Below, piece by piece: positions 13,810-27,406 of a stretch of DNA of 64,000 nt. How positions within the stretch are numbered: the stretch's first letter is position 1; every line of letters starts with the position of its first letter. The notes below the pieces were generated by a model, which was given only the letters and a program-made list of their open reading frames with translations, was not told the DNA's origin and did not search any database. The position numbers and the translations under genes were made by a program. Source of the DNA: Antedon mediterranea (lineage: Eukaryota; Animalia; Echinodermata); assembly GCF_964355755.1 (NCBI RefSeq), contig NC_092673.1, positions 32,671,648-32,735,647 on the forward strand, in the 5' to 3' direction.

Positions 13810-14184
13810 AGCCGATTTTCCACTAGGCGAATTTGTTCGCGCGAATCGAAAGCGTCATGCTATGCACATGCGTATTCGCGTTTCTGTCTGTCATACTGCC
13901 TTCTTCGACGAATTCTATTTCCTTTGATTTTTCGCTTCAGCGAAATTTACTAGTTCGAATTGTTTCTACTTTTTGCGAAGCGAAATATTGCGCAGCCAAT
14001 CAGAGCTCAGGAAATGAGCTATGACGCTTTCATGAGCACTCATGCGAATCGAAATGCTCAGCAACCACGCGAGGAACATGAACGTCGCGACTATTCGCTC
14101 ATGTAGTGGAAAGAGAGTAGGCGATTTTTTTCTCTTCGAAACGTTTGATTCGCGCGAACAAATTCGCCTAGTGGAAAATCGGCT
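13810..14184. mobile_element. PIF/Harbinger-type MITE
   Basis: 38-bp perfect TIR AGCCGATTTTCCACTAGGCGAATTTGTTCGCGCGAATC; TTA on both sides. Confidence 0.88.
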
Positions 14185-17100
14185 TTAAGACGTTGCGGAT
14201 AATTTGAACGTGTAACGTTCGGCCCGACCAAATCACTCACGTGGTATATATTAAAATAAATTACCAAAATAAAACAGTAATTTCTCAAAATTGTCTAACA
14301 CGATTATGGAGAACTTTTGATATGTTGTTATTTATAAAATTATTATTCTAAATATGTAAAGAAATTGTAGATCCATGACATCGGAACGAGATGAAACGTT
14401 AGAATTTACTGCTTATGGCCTACTCATGATTTTTCCAATTTTTTTTGTACTAAATAAAAACTAAACTGATTAAATTACGTGTTAAAATTGTTTGCTTTGG
14501 TCAGTCAGAGAGACCATTATAATAAACATATTTTCTTTGGCAGAAAAATAGTTCTCAATATTACCCTTCAATGATTTAACTTTATTTTCGCCACAAATAA
14601 AGGTGTAAGCGAATCAGATTACAAAAACTGCATACGTCAGTTAAGCAAATATCATTCAGGGTGACAGGGCATGTAATGATGTTACTGTAAACGAATTATT
14701 TTATGTAAACAATACTTACTTTTTCATGGTGGTGAATAGCATACATTGAAGGTGATATAATATTTTTTTTAATAACCTCATGGTGTAATGTGACTCTAAT
14801 AAAAATGAAGCAAATTCAAGTAGACCTATGTGTTATGTTCGAACGATGTGGATCGCTCTTTTTTATCTTTGATTTTACATGAAATTTTACATTGTGAATA
14901 TACATGATGCTTTAAATTTAACATTCCTGGGAATTCAATTTCAGTGCTAGACCAACAATTTAAATAATAATGCGCACCAATATAATTAAACATCAAGATG
15001 CAATCCATGAAGTTAATAAAAATAAAGGAAATACTGTGTAAATGTTATTAAAGTTAATTTATTCAGGGTATTGGCAAGCATACAGTCAATGGAAATAGAA
15101 TCAGCTTAATATTTATTGTGAAACATCCACAGCATAGTGCTTAAGCTATATCCCATAACTAATGATTTAAGCGGAAAGACGAGCGATTTTTTCTTAAGGA
15201 AAGTATTTTAGTAAGCATGAACTTGATACATTGAGCATAACACATTACAAATATCGATCTAAGTAACGACAAAAAGGTGATAAGACAATGCATTCTACTC
15301 TGCATGTTTACCTTATTTTTATTCTTTTTTTAATTTTCTTTCTTTCCTCTCTGTTGTTAATTCCTTTCTCTTTCCAAATTCAATTTCAATGAGTGAAATA
15401 GATGGTGGTAATCACATATTTTATCATCGTTTTAGTGTTTATCCCTTTAACATAGTGTAACCATTTTTGCACTCATTTGTTTTGTCGTTTTTATCATTGT
15501 TTCATAATTTCGTCATCGTTTTTTGTCTTGATTTGATTATTGTTGGCCAATTTTCTTAAATTCTCTTTTCTTTTGTATATCCAACAATCGTATTTATCAT
15601 TTTTACGAAAACCTTATCATTTCTGTATTTTATTTTGTATTGTATTCCTATGGAGGAAAATAAATGTCTTTTGAAATGAATTGCATTGATTGTTTCGTAG
15701 ATTTTGTCGTCGTTTTTAAATCGTTATTTTTTAATCGTTAATTTTTTTCCCGTTTTTGTCATCGTTGTTTTTCTCGTAATTTCAGCACATTGCTTTCTTG
15801 ATTCTTTGACTGTCTATATATATGAATATGTATTTAATTATCTTCATTAGTTGTTGGTCTCGACACTAGCCACTTCTTTATAGTAATGTAACATCCAAAC
15901 AATTAAAGAACACATAAAACGTTATTCTAATTCTAAAAGATCATTTTATTGTGCAAACCAATTAATTTATATACGATTAGAGTATTTTTGTTTAATATCA
16001 TGATATTAATAGGCCCTACTAATACTGAGGATATATTCCTAATTCAAAGTAACAAACAGAATAAGTAACATGTTGAAACGAATTATTAAACTTAAAATTA
16101 AAAAAATAGTATTAATTAATTACTGGTATACATTATGATTTTGCTCCATCTCTAGTTTTATTTTATTTGAAATTATTCAGTGAAACTTCTAGTAGTAATT
16201 ACTGCTAAATATATTTTTTAAAGCAACACAAGCATAAACATTATGAAAATATTAAAAACTAAAGTAATATTAAAAGAAAAACAATAATAAGTATATATTT
16301 TGAAATAAAAATACATAAATGAGTAATTTACTGCCCTCTGAAACACTATAGAGGCCAAGTAAAGCACATACTGTAATATATCAATCTTGTAGTGGTCTCA
16401 AGAGACTTAACTGTAATTAATGCATAATTATTTACATAGTATTAGTAGTTATAATAGAATAGTATTTGATAAAAAAAACAAGGACAGCTTAACTAAAACA
16501 TAACAAGCTTGAATTAGTAAAATAATTAGTTTTTGTCTAAAATGAATAAAGTAGAAAACAACAGACAATGACTATAGTAAATATTCAAAATGAACAACAG
16601 GAAACAATATCATAATAAAGTGCAATTAAATTGTAAATATAGGACACCAATGTTACGTTGAAGTTCGCACTAATATCAAATAAAAAAAATTATACATGTA
16701 AATCAAAAAACTGAAAAACAAATTTAATTCTGTAATTAATGTATACGAGTAGATGAAATACCGTATGCGAATTGATACAATAATTTAAGAAGACATTCTC
16801 AGCAATAAAAACCAAATGCCATTCAGTGACGCAATTAGAAATGTATGTATATTGCTCAATTATAAAGGTCAATATCCAAGAACCATAAATATTTGTGATA
16901 TAAAAAACACCATTTTTAATTGATCAAACCATTGATATGGTTTAGTGGTATAACTTTTTTAAATGTAAACATTTGGACAACAAATCAGTGTTGTTTGAAT
17001 ATACAGAAAATGTCGAGGATAAACTTTTTCACGCAAAATATATTTGGAAATGTTGGCTGTGTCGATTTCGACTTAATGAACTCGGGTAATATAAAAAGAA

Positions 17101-17205
17101 TACGCGGCAAAAAAAATGTTTAGCAGTTTATACAGCTGGTCTAGTTCTCAAGTTCTTTGGTGATAGTAAAGTTTGCATTTAGCAACTGATCGATTTTATT
17201 GTTAT

Positions 17206-20200
17206 TTAAAGGTCGTATTGGGTTTTCATTTTTTGTATTGCTTCTTTTTTACTAATACTCTTCCATCCATCTGGAATATCAGCTTTCTCACAGTCGTAGT
17301 ACTGAGCAAGTTCGGTATTGTATGTTGCCATAAACCACTTCCAGTACATCTCTGACTCAGTATCCAGGGGTTCAATTTTCCATGATTTATAGTAGTCATT
17401 CACTGTCTGATACTGTTTGTAATTAATCCATTCTCCATTCGTATGTTGATTTTTAAAGGTATGTCCAGCCATTACTGAAGTTGTGCATCTTTCTGTCACA
17501 AGTTTATTAGAATCAATCCAAGTATGTCCGCCAATTCCTTGTGGTCTGTGACATTCTGTACGATGATGATCGTCACCATAAAGCTCGCATAGTGCTTTAC
17601 AAAATGGACACATCATTTTGCATTTTATTAAATCTTTTGTAACGAAGTCACAGCAGAATGGTACTATTTCACTGGTAATAGTTTGATCATAAGCTTCAAT
17701 TATTGTGTCTTCGATGCCTTTCAGTTCAGCTAACAAGTAACGGATAAGCTCGTTTAAATTGAGATCTCTGTCCTCATCAAAAAACCTAATGTCTGCTTCG
17801 ACACAAATTATGTTGCCAATGTGTTTGAGGAAAGTTGGCCACCATGATTTCATTGTGATAGTACCTTTTGCATTTTGGGAATTAATAGCTTCATGTAGTC
17901 CGTTTATTATCTCACGAACTTTACGGCCGTGTATTTCTTGTAGCTGAGAACAACCGGTTTTGCTCTTTTGGAAACAGATTCTCTGTATTTGTTCGGAGGT
18001 GAACGTTTTTATACATTGTATTGGATCAGACAAATATTGCTCAAAAGATTCAAAATTGCCGTTCTCTGCCATTTCAACAAGCATCCATGCATGAAGTGAC
18101 ATCTTACTAGAAAATCCTTTACTTGATGAACGTTGTAAATATTCAATCATTCCAAGTTGGCATTTCTTTGGAAGAGATAGTTGGATAGCTTTTGTAAACT
18201 CTCGGGAAATGGCCGTCGAAATTTTAACAACTAATTGGAGATCTTTACAATCTGTTTTGAACATTTCCCACAATCGTTCTTTTTTAGACTCCATGTATAG
18301 CTTCGGGTCATTTTCGAGTTTATGTTTCTCTTGCACTTTTTCCAACATAGGTATAAGTATAACCTTGAAATTACATACGGCTAGTCGAATCTGGCCTTTT
18401 ACGGAAATTCCAACCTTCCCATCTATTTTCACTTCTTCAAGTCCACTTGAAAGTTCACCAAAAAGTTGACTTCCTATTTGCTTTGTGTACTTTCTTCCTT
18501 CCATTTCATGACCTGATATTTGTGCTATAAGGTTTTCAAGAATCTTTTTTGTACGTAAATTGGCCTTATTCACAACGTCTTGCTTGCTTCCGAAACCGAA
18601 CCATGATGTAAACTCCTTCAATTTTCCGAAGTACAAATCCTTTTCAAGTACTTTAGTTTGACAATCACTAGACTGCAATATCCTAATAATTTCAGATTTA
18701 TCCTTGTTTAAGAATTCCTCAGTAGCGATATTTTGAAAAGACGTTTCAATGCCTTCATATTTATCTCCAGGTGGTATGTCAGAAACCCATTCATTCCACT
18801 TTTTTGTAAACTCCGTTTGAAGTTTGTCATCAGATATTGGTTGCTGTCGATATACATCGGCAAGTTGCTTAGCTTGTTGATAGATGTATTTTTCTTGATT
18901 TTTGATGGTTTCATCAATTTCACGTCTTCCAATTGTTTTCTTTTTAATAGATGTATATTCACCAATTAGACGTTCCTGTTTCACTTCTTCACAAATACTG
19001 CTGATTTGTGTTTCCAATTTAAATTTCCATTGCTGACATTCTTTTTTATTTTTTTCAAAATATTTCTCCATGTTTGATTTAAAATCACTGATGTCTTTCT
19101 GTAATTTATGTAAGTATTCATCAAGGATATTTTTTCCATGTTCTCTTATCTCTTCAGCCTTTAATTTCTTACATCTATTTTGAAGTTCGTAGCTATATTC
19201 CAGTGCTTTTACCCTAAATATACGCGTTTGCTTCACATATTCTGTTGTCAAAGATGTATAGGCTATTATCTCAAGAGAATTTTTGAAACTGAATACAAAA
19301 TCTTGACATAATATTGCTTCCCACAGATTGGAAAGCAACTTTGTGAAATCCCCGATATATTTAGCATCAGCATTCGCTGCAAATTTCAAGACTTGTTTCT
19401 TTACTTGAAGAATGCCTTGGCTGTAACCAGGATTAGGGGGCGCCATCGGTGGATCGCCTTTCAAAAGGCTGGATATGTACATTACATGTTCGTTTTCTTG
19501 AAAATTGATAACATCAGAAAACGATTCATATTTGTCACTGCAATTTTCTTTTTCGGCTGCAATTTTTGTAATTTTATCCAAAATTTCTCGCATCTTTCTT
19601 TTTTGTGCCGCATTTAAGTCAGATGCTGTTACATCAGTGATGTTTTGGTGTACAAATAAGCAGCTTGGTTTAATTTTAACATTTTCCATTTTCATAAAAG
19701 CATGCACAGCGATTTGAAGTGTGTCTTGTATGTCTGCTGTGTTTTCTCCCATGATATTTATTATGGTAAGATCACCCAAACCAATCACAAGCGTTGCTAG
19801 TTCATTATCACGATAGTTGGCCTGTTGGATACTGGCAAATTCAGGAGACCGCAAACCCTCAGTGTCAACAACCAGGATGTAGTCACATTGTGTTTTTTCT
19901 CTTAAACCTTTATCTAATGTTACAAGCTGGGCGAATATACCTTTAGTACATCTGCCGGCACTAACGGCAAATTGTAAACCAAACATGGCATTTAACATTG
20001 TAGACTTTCCGCTGCTTTGAATGCCTAAAACAGATAACACAAACATTCTCTTATTGCCAATTTTTTTCTCAAGAGAATTGAACACAGCTTTAATCCAAAT
20101 GAGGGGAACGTGGGTTGCATCACCATCCATTAGCTCAATGGGGTATCCCTCTAGTAACATTTCAGCAGTAACTTTAGCTAACTGACTCTGTGGTTCTTTA

Positions 20201-21873
20201 TTTAGATATGATAACATTTCATAATTTTGCCCAATTTCTCTATTGAAATGTTCTAACCCTAAGGAGTTCTGCGAAATTTCGTCTTCGAGTTCAGTAAGTT
20301 CAGTTGTCATTTGTAATGATGATTCTTCTAGCGTGTTCCGGTGTGATACATTTTTTTGTGTGCATAACTGCTCCCATTTTGTGATGTAACGTCTACGTAT
20401 TGGCTGAAGTGTCTTGATACTATGTAGATCGGTCATTATCTTAACAAAGGCCCAAAAATATTTTCTTTTTAAAGCTGAGTGGCTGAATGAGGCTATAAAC
20501 ATCTTATGTGCGGAACACTCAAGTCTTTGTGGGTCTTTGGCTAACTGTTGACAACGTAGGTTCTTTAGCTTTTTCTTTAGTCTATCACGGTAGATTTCAA
20601 TTTCCTCTTCTCCTCTGTTTAGTAGCTGCCGGTCTTCCTTTTTTGTCTCTCCAATTGTTACTGTTAACATCTGTAAAGGAAGTTCTTTTTGTTTCCCTTC
20701 GTTAGTAATGCGATCAAGCATTTGTTTGGCACTTTGTTTTGCTTCTAAACAGTCTTTTCCGGATTCGTCAACGTGGTAATCCAAATCCTGTGCTACTTTA
20801 ATGCACTACTCAATACTTCTATGCTGGTTGCTTCTTTCAGAAATAGGTCCAAGCAATCTCCAAATGTCTCCGCTTATTTTCAGCTCATTCTTGTTTTGTG
20901 ACGTAAGATACCTTACTTTTTCCTCGCTGTCTTTTTTCTTTAGTTTACGAAGTTTTTTTTCTAATTTTTTTACTGGAGATCCGTCTAAAATCACAATTAC
21001 TTGACCTTCTTGTGAGTATAACGACTCAAGCAGTACATCATCTTGTTTGTTAAAGTCATCACAAGAAACAAACGCAATCGTGACTAGTGATATCTCAGAT
21101 AGAAACGACGTCTGCCTTTTGAAATCGGATGCATTACCTCTCAAATTTATGAAAGTTACTGCATCTGACGAAGAATTCGTTCTTTCATGTGAGGGAAGGT
21201 ACCATGCTATTTCCAGTAAGCCATCTGAAAACTTTCGTTTTAAATTGCCACCTTTGCACCCAGAATTAAAGAAAATATCATGATTCTGCTCATTAAGGAT
21301 ACAGTTAACAACTCTAGATTTGGATATTTTAGGTCTTCCTAATCGTAAAGCAGACACGATAGGTAACTTTTCTACAACCATTGATTTTTGACAAGATGAA
21401 CCCGAACTCGTTTTCCATTTTTTTATGATTGTTCTCATTCCCCACACAATTAGTTCCCATTTTGTGTTAGTGACTGGTATCAGTAGCGGAATAGCTAACT
21501 GGCATAAGGACAATTTCTCAATCAAAATTTGTCTTAAGAAATTGTCACAACACAAAAAAATAGCTACTAGTGCGTCTAGCGGACTTACTTGTTTTTTTAT
21601 ATTACGGGAATTCGATTTTCCTCGTAGGGCATAAGAAAGAGAATCATTTTCAGAACAAGATGGACTCTCTTCTAAATCAAAAGATCTTCCTTTGTAGTTA
21701 CATATTATAAGATTTTGCAACATATACCAAGGTATTTTGTGTGGGTCATCATAGAGTTCATCTGATGTAACCTCGTTTTCGGAAACTCTAAACACTTTTT
21801 CACGAGTTAGTTTTCCAGGATAATAATCTTCTAGCCCCAGATGTTTAACCAACTTTTTAATTTTGCCTTCCAT
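17206..21873 (-). pseudogene. GVIN1: Interferon-induced very large GTPase 1-like (GVIN1/VLIG/URGCP family) gene; one long coding exon with an in-frame TAG at 20806-20808
   Basis: ORFs 20806-21873 and 17206-20784 share a frame, separated by TAG plus 7 sense codons (SIE*CIKVAQDLDYHVDE). Motifs: GIQSSGKS (P-loop, 20002-20025), GRCT, DTEG, FVHQN; N-terminal LCQLAIPLLIP and INLRGNA; C-terminal CPFCKALC...HRTECHRPQG. Splice acceptor ttttacttacag ends 13 nt upstream of the ATG. Confidence 0.9.
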
Positions 21874-23189
21874 CTTGTCTAAATGACTGTAAGTAAAACA
21901 AAAGTGAAGAATAAAAATAGTACGACCTTTTTAAAGTAATGTTATATAATCAGTAGCTTACTACATATTTACTGTATGTATTATATAATAAAAAGAATTA
22001 TAGAGTGCACCACCCGACGGGGAACAAATTGCCATCTAACTTTTCTAGACTCTAAATAAAATAAATGGTTAAAGCAAAATGTTTGTGAAGATTGGTCAGA
22101 ACATGGTTGCAGGCCTGCAATATCCATTTATGATATACCATATCTGATTTGATCTGCTTCTTTATGTTGTCAATATAATTATAATTTTTTGTTTTTATTT
22201 GGCTAGGTACTCAGATAAATGAGAATACGTAGTTATGTACTAGCCAGTCATTTCACTTTATTTGGTAAACAAAATGCAATTACGTGATGTTTCTCTTTAA
22301 TATTTTACGGATTAATTTCCATTGCTTTTGTGCTCTCTAGGGTTATAAATCATGCAGTGACGAATCCAAGATAATTTAATAGAAAGAGATCAGTGAATAG
22401 CCAGAGTCAGAGGTGAAGTTAGCCTATTTCCCTTTTATTGTTAAAATTAAAGGTGGGGGTTTGGCTGAGCTGCGCCACTTGGATCTGCCTATACCTATGC
22501 CCTATTCTGTAGATAAGCCACTTTCTCTGATTCTGATGAATAGTATTTTATTGCCCAAAAACGAATATTGAGGCCCTAATAAATGCAAATGTGTTGTGAC
22601 AAATCATTGAAGGTCAACGTTACATTGACGGTTCTCATTCTCAAAGATTTATCGTTTCAAAATAATTAATTAAATTTTAGTATATCACAGGGTGGTTTAG
22701 AAATAATTTTCTGTGCCTGATGTGCTTATATTATATATAAAAGTACTTCTTTGGATATTCCGCTTCGTGAATAAAAATACTGAAAAGATGAGGGCGTATT
22801 AATTTGATGTATGGTGCGTATAATTTAGGGACAAGTCTGTTCCGCCGTCCGTACCACACCGTTAAAGAGTCGCTATCCAATCGAATTGAAACAATACCAT
22901 GAAAGCCCCAGTTGTCTAATGGTTACATTTTATTATTTATATTGTTTGTTGATATAAATATATTAAAGATATAATAAATGTCGATTAATCAACTGGTGTA
23001 ATGATGAACGTGCTCTTTTGATTGCGTATGATAGATTGTCTTAACAGAATGATAAAACATCAAATTTTGTGTTAAATGTTAGTTTTTATTTGGTGTTATA
23101 GGGACATTTGTGATTGGTTAATATTGAAGATTGATCTATAATGGCAAAGGACCAAATAGAACTTCAATAAATTGGTTATACTGTGATAA

Positions 23190-24719
23190 TCTATATTATA
23201 ATTGAGAGAGTTTGTACGTTTGTACGTTTGTTTGTTTATTTGTTCGTTATACAAATATTTTTTACTGGTAACCTTACATATTAATTGGACCGGGAAAGTT
23301 CTAAACTATATTTGAACATAATCTGCCATCCAGGATCCAAGTTAGGGGCCAAAATATGGTCAAAATGGCCCAATTTTCCCCACTTTCATTATTTGTTCGT
23401 TATACAAATGATTGCAATTTTACCGGGAAGGTTTTAAACTACATTTCAAAAAGTGTGTTTGTTTGTTTTATTGGTTTCTCCACACATTTTAAAATAAAAG
23501 ATAAAAATTACAAATTGCAAAAAAGATAAACACATAACTAAAAAATTACAATAAAACATAAAAACATCAAAAATGTGCAGATGGAGGTCAAAATAAGTTG
23601 CGGACAACTTTAAGTCGTGACCACCAGTTAAAAAGGGTTAAAAATTAAAAAATGAATAATGAAGGTATAGCAGTCCGGCTTACAATAAAAATACAGAAGC
23701 TTAAATTGCTAAGACAATAGTACAATTACAAGATGAACAATATGATAAGGTAATTCAATTCAATTAAGCGAAGAAGAAAGGAAACAAGAAGAACAAGAAC
23801 AGTAGATTTAACTGCCATATGCTGCGACCAAAGTTTGGGGATTTAGACGTCGCATGGGTCTGGCCGGTCATGTTATGAGAAGCTCTGAGCCAGCCTCAAG
23901 AGTTCTCCTTTGGGAACCAGAAGAGAAAAGGAAAGTGGGAAGACCTCAACTGACTTGGCTCGACATTCTGTTGAAAGATACCAAACTAGACCTGAGTGAA
24001 CTGAGGCAGACCATGCTTGATAGAGATGTGTGGAGACAAATTATCATGGCACCCACTAAGAATTAAGTCGTCGTGGGATGACATAAAGAAGAAGAAATTG
24101 ACCAGAATTGTGGTTGGAAAATGTTAAAGTATTTTTTTAATTCTCCCTGGGAAGGGGCTTGGAGTTTGGAGTGGGATGTAGGCCTATCACCACCATGACC
24201 GAAACTGTATTGGGAATGTTTTAAACTACATTTGAAAACTGCCACTGAAGGATTATTATGGGTTGTGAGTGATGGCTAACATAATTTTTACTGGAACCGT
24301 CTTAAACAAATTACCCACTAGTGTGTGGGGAGGGGGAGGAGGAAGAGAGAAAATGCTGGCGTAATGAAGTAGCATATATGATTGGAATTTTACTAGGAAA
24401 AGTTACTACATTTGAACTTTCCAGGGGAGGAGGAGTTAAGGTTTGTTGATTGTGGCTGGGATGGTGAGAGGAGAAAGAAGGCTGGGGGACCGCAGTATCA
24501 AAATTAGATATTTTAATCATCAGCCAATATGACACCTATTCATAATATACAGATTACAACGTACTTAAACCGTAGGCCTATCATAGCTATGTATACCCCT
24601 CTCAATTTGAAGCTGGGAAGAATTTGTTTTAAAAAATACTACTACTGGCGTCGGCTTTGTGTACTGAGAATGCTTTAAACTAATGTTGAAACCCAACCTG
24701 AGGCGGGTATAATTGCTAG
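23190..24719 (+). mobile_element. Old non-autonomous Helitron with nested retroelement debris
   Basis: a|TCTATATTATAA start followed by (GTTT)n; internal repeat gggaaggttttaaactacatttgaa about five times; imperfect hairpin acccaacctgaggcgggt then GCTAG|T. Confidence 0.6.
23820..24097 (+). mobile_element. RTE-clade LINE 3' fragment
   Basis: LAGHVMR...VLLWEP...RKVGRPQLTW...DRDVWR is the typical RTE ORF C-terminus; short 3' UTR ending in (AAG)n. Confidence 0.85.
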
Positions 24720-25838
24720 TATATACTTATATATTGCTATGATTGGTCAACCTTCCATAATCTAAGGGTATTCTGGTCTAGAAAAGTGGGATGGCAGTTT
24801 GTCCCATTTCGGGTGGTGGTTTCCACTTTCGCGCTAAAATACTTCATACTCAAAAGTCAGATATGAGTAAAACTGCATACAATTTGATATCAATAATAAT
24901 TATTATTTAAGAATCTAGTCTAATGTCAGTGTTTGTAACTTACACAAATAAAAGAGAGAGGTTGTTAAAAAATACAATAGAAGGTAAAACATAATTGTTT
25001 AAATAAATTCATAATAGGTTAAGTTGCATTGCGTACTAATATTACGAATGAAGATAATGATAAGAATATAGATAATAAAAAAAACTTACTAGACATTTTT
25101 TCAAAATGCCTTTAGTCTTCCTCGAATTTTACCTTGCAGGTTCAGGTGAAGTCGTGCAAGATCTATTTATACAAAAAACATAAAGAATTGATATACTATA
25201 ACAGGATCTGAACATTGGAAGAGTTGGACAGCACAAACGCAACATGCATATAATGTAAAATATAAACACAAAAAAAACTCTTGTGACATAAAGTAAATAG
25301 TTTTACAGAGCTAAATTGTTGAAGTTTAAGCTGGTCTAAGCACCTTAAATTGCATACGAACAGAGCGGTGATGGCCGGTTTCTCGACATAGGTTGCACTT
25401 TTTGTTATTTCATTGGGTTAATTAGGATTTATTTCATGGCTTAAATATTTTCTTTCAATGATGCTTTCAATATACTGTATTTCATTACCAACAAAATGTT
25501 TGTTGATGTCTTATATTTCTGTTTTGGAAATAGGCTAGAACGTTTATTATTATTATTATTAAGCACGCCAAGAAATTGTGTTCTTGCTCAAAATGTCTCG
25601 TAGGCCTTGTCAACATACGCCGATACACGTTCTTTGCATACCCATCCGCCAAGAAAGTATTCCAGCCTACAAAAAACGTGTATTTTATAATTAGCGTGTC
25701 TCGAACTTATTTCCAACTTATATTGTTTTTAACTTATAGCTACCATATGGACAACGTTTAATTAAACACCATACATAGGCTAAACAAACAAACATTAACT
25801 ACTGAAATTACTGAACACGTGGTCGGTCATCAGAAATA

Positions 25839-26506
25839 TTTTTATATTCTCTATAGTTCACTATGTCGGTCGGTCGGTCGGTCTGTCTGTCGGTCCGGTA
25901 TCACTATGCGTTTTATCGCTTTCTGACCTTATCTTGATATCAGTTTAATCTAGCTAAGTCAATTTTTCACAGTATATTCCTTATGGCCAGGAATCGATGT
26001 GGTTATGTTTTCACGGTACGCAATACAAAATTACGCGGTGTACGCACGATTTAACGAAATCACGTTTGTAATCATATCTTCATAACCATGAATCACAATT
26101 AAATAAAATGTGGTACTCATAAATTTCAGGGCATAAATCATCATATGACAATACAATTACGTGCGTAGCGCATGTAACGCATGCGTACGCGCGCTTAAAT
26201 TTTTCAAAAATTTATTTTCGATGAAATAAGAGTACGTTTTAGGCAATTTTAAGCGTTTACAAAATTGCCATAAGTGCGCAAATTTTTGCGCGCGCACTGC
26301 GCGTTAAATGTTATTGCGCACTCTTTTTGCCCGATTTCTGTTTTCTTGACTTACTTTTCAACTCGAAATTACGTTATACGAGCGATATAAATGTTTTTAA
26401 ACATTTCCACATGTTTAAACATGTTCAGTAATTTCGGTCAGTTGGTAGGTTGGTCGGTCGGTAAACACTAATGAGCACGCGACTGCAGCCATCTATATGG
26501 CCTTGT
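25839..26506 (+). mobile_element. Longer DINE-1/HINE-like element, parent form of the ~120-bp copies
   Basis: Begins T-run...ctctatagttcactatgtc(ggtc)n; ends (ggtc)n ggtaaacacta...gagcacgcgactgcagccatctatatggccttgt. Two microsatellite blocks flank a ~550-bp core. Confidence 0.7.
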
Positions 26507-26640
26507 TGTATATAACGCCACGTAAATAAATATATGTAGCCTAAACACTAACACGTTAGGTGTGCGTTAACCATATAATAGGTATCGCTACGTTATGAAT
26601 ACGTCATGTAAACAATATAGAAGCCCGTGTGTTGTTATAA

Positions 26641-27406
26641 AGCCTGTTTTCCTGTCGACGTTAGTCGACGCTATCATCGTTAATCGTTAAAAGTTCAACG
26701 ACGATCGTGTGAAAACGATCAAGTTGAAATGTTAACGATAGCGCGAACATTTGATTTCTAGCGTTGAACGTTAAAGTTGAAACTCCTGTTTCCTTTCTCG
26801 ACGTCGTCGTAACGCGCAAAAATGAATAGAGGACTCCCCTGCCTCTAGCAGTAGGCTCACAGTGTAGGACACGTGGGCCTAGGCATACTAATATCTCTAT
26901 ACTGATGGTTCTTCGTTTTCAGTAGGCCTATCCTAGTCCAAATAGCATTTTGGACTAGGCTGAAGACTTTGACCTACCTAATATCCCCGCGCCTACTTTC
27001 CGGAACATCATTTTATAGTAACTTTGGTAAGGCTAGGCCTAGCCTTGACCGCGCTGCGATGCAACAAAAATAAATGTAGTCAGCAGAATTTGCCATCAAT
27101 TATGTGACGTCATGTGCTGTATCGCCATGATGATTGGTCAGTTCTTACGTTTTAGCGTTGCGATATCGCTAGAGTTGAACTGAGTTGAACTGAATTCAAC
27201 TCTTGCGATTGTCAACGATCGCGACTTGTAGCGTCGATTAACGTCGATTATTACACCTTTTCCTGTAAATCGCCGACATTTTGTATCATCATCGTTAGTT
27301 AAAAAAGTCCCTTTTCCTGTAAATCGTTAACATTTCTATGTTTACGTTGAAGATCGCCAATTTTTGTTAACGATAGCGTCGAATAACGTCGACAGGAAAA
27401 CAGGCT
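26641..27406. mobile_element. PIF/Harbinger-type MITE
   Basis: TIR AGCCTGTTTTCCTGTCGACGTTA(G/T)TCGACGCTATC; TAA on both sides. Confidence 0.85.

Noticed and set aside
17759-21634. Plus-strand and alternate-frame ORFs overlapping the GTPase
   Set aside because: Short shadow ORFs of the long coding frame with no recognisable motifs.
17206-21873. Two separate genes, or a tiny intron removing the stop
   Set aside because: Both ORFs are in one frame and form a single family protein; the downstream 'start' is TTG; no plausible short GT..AG intron was seen around the TAG.
22355-22492. Short hAT-like MITE remnant (cagtgacgaatcca...tggatctgcc)
   Set aside because: Termini too degenerate and no TSD identified.
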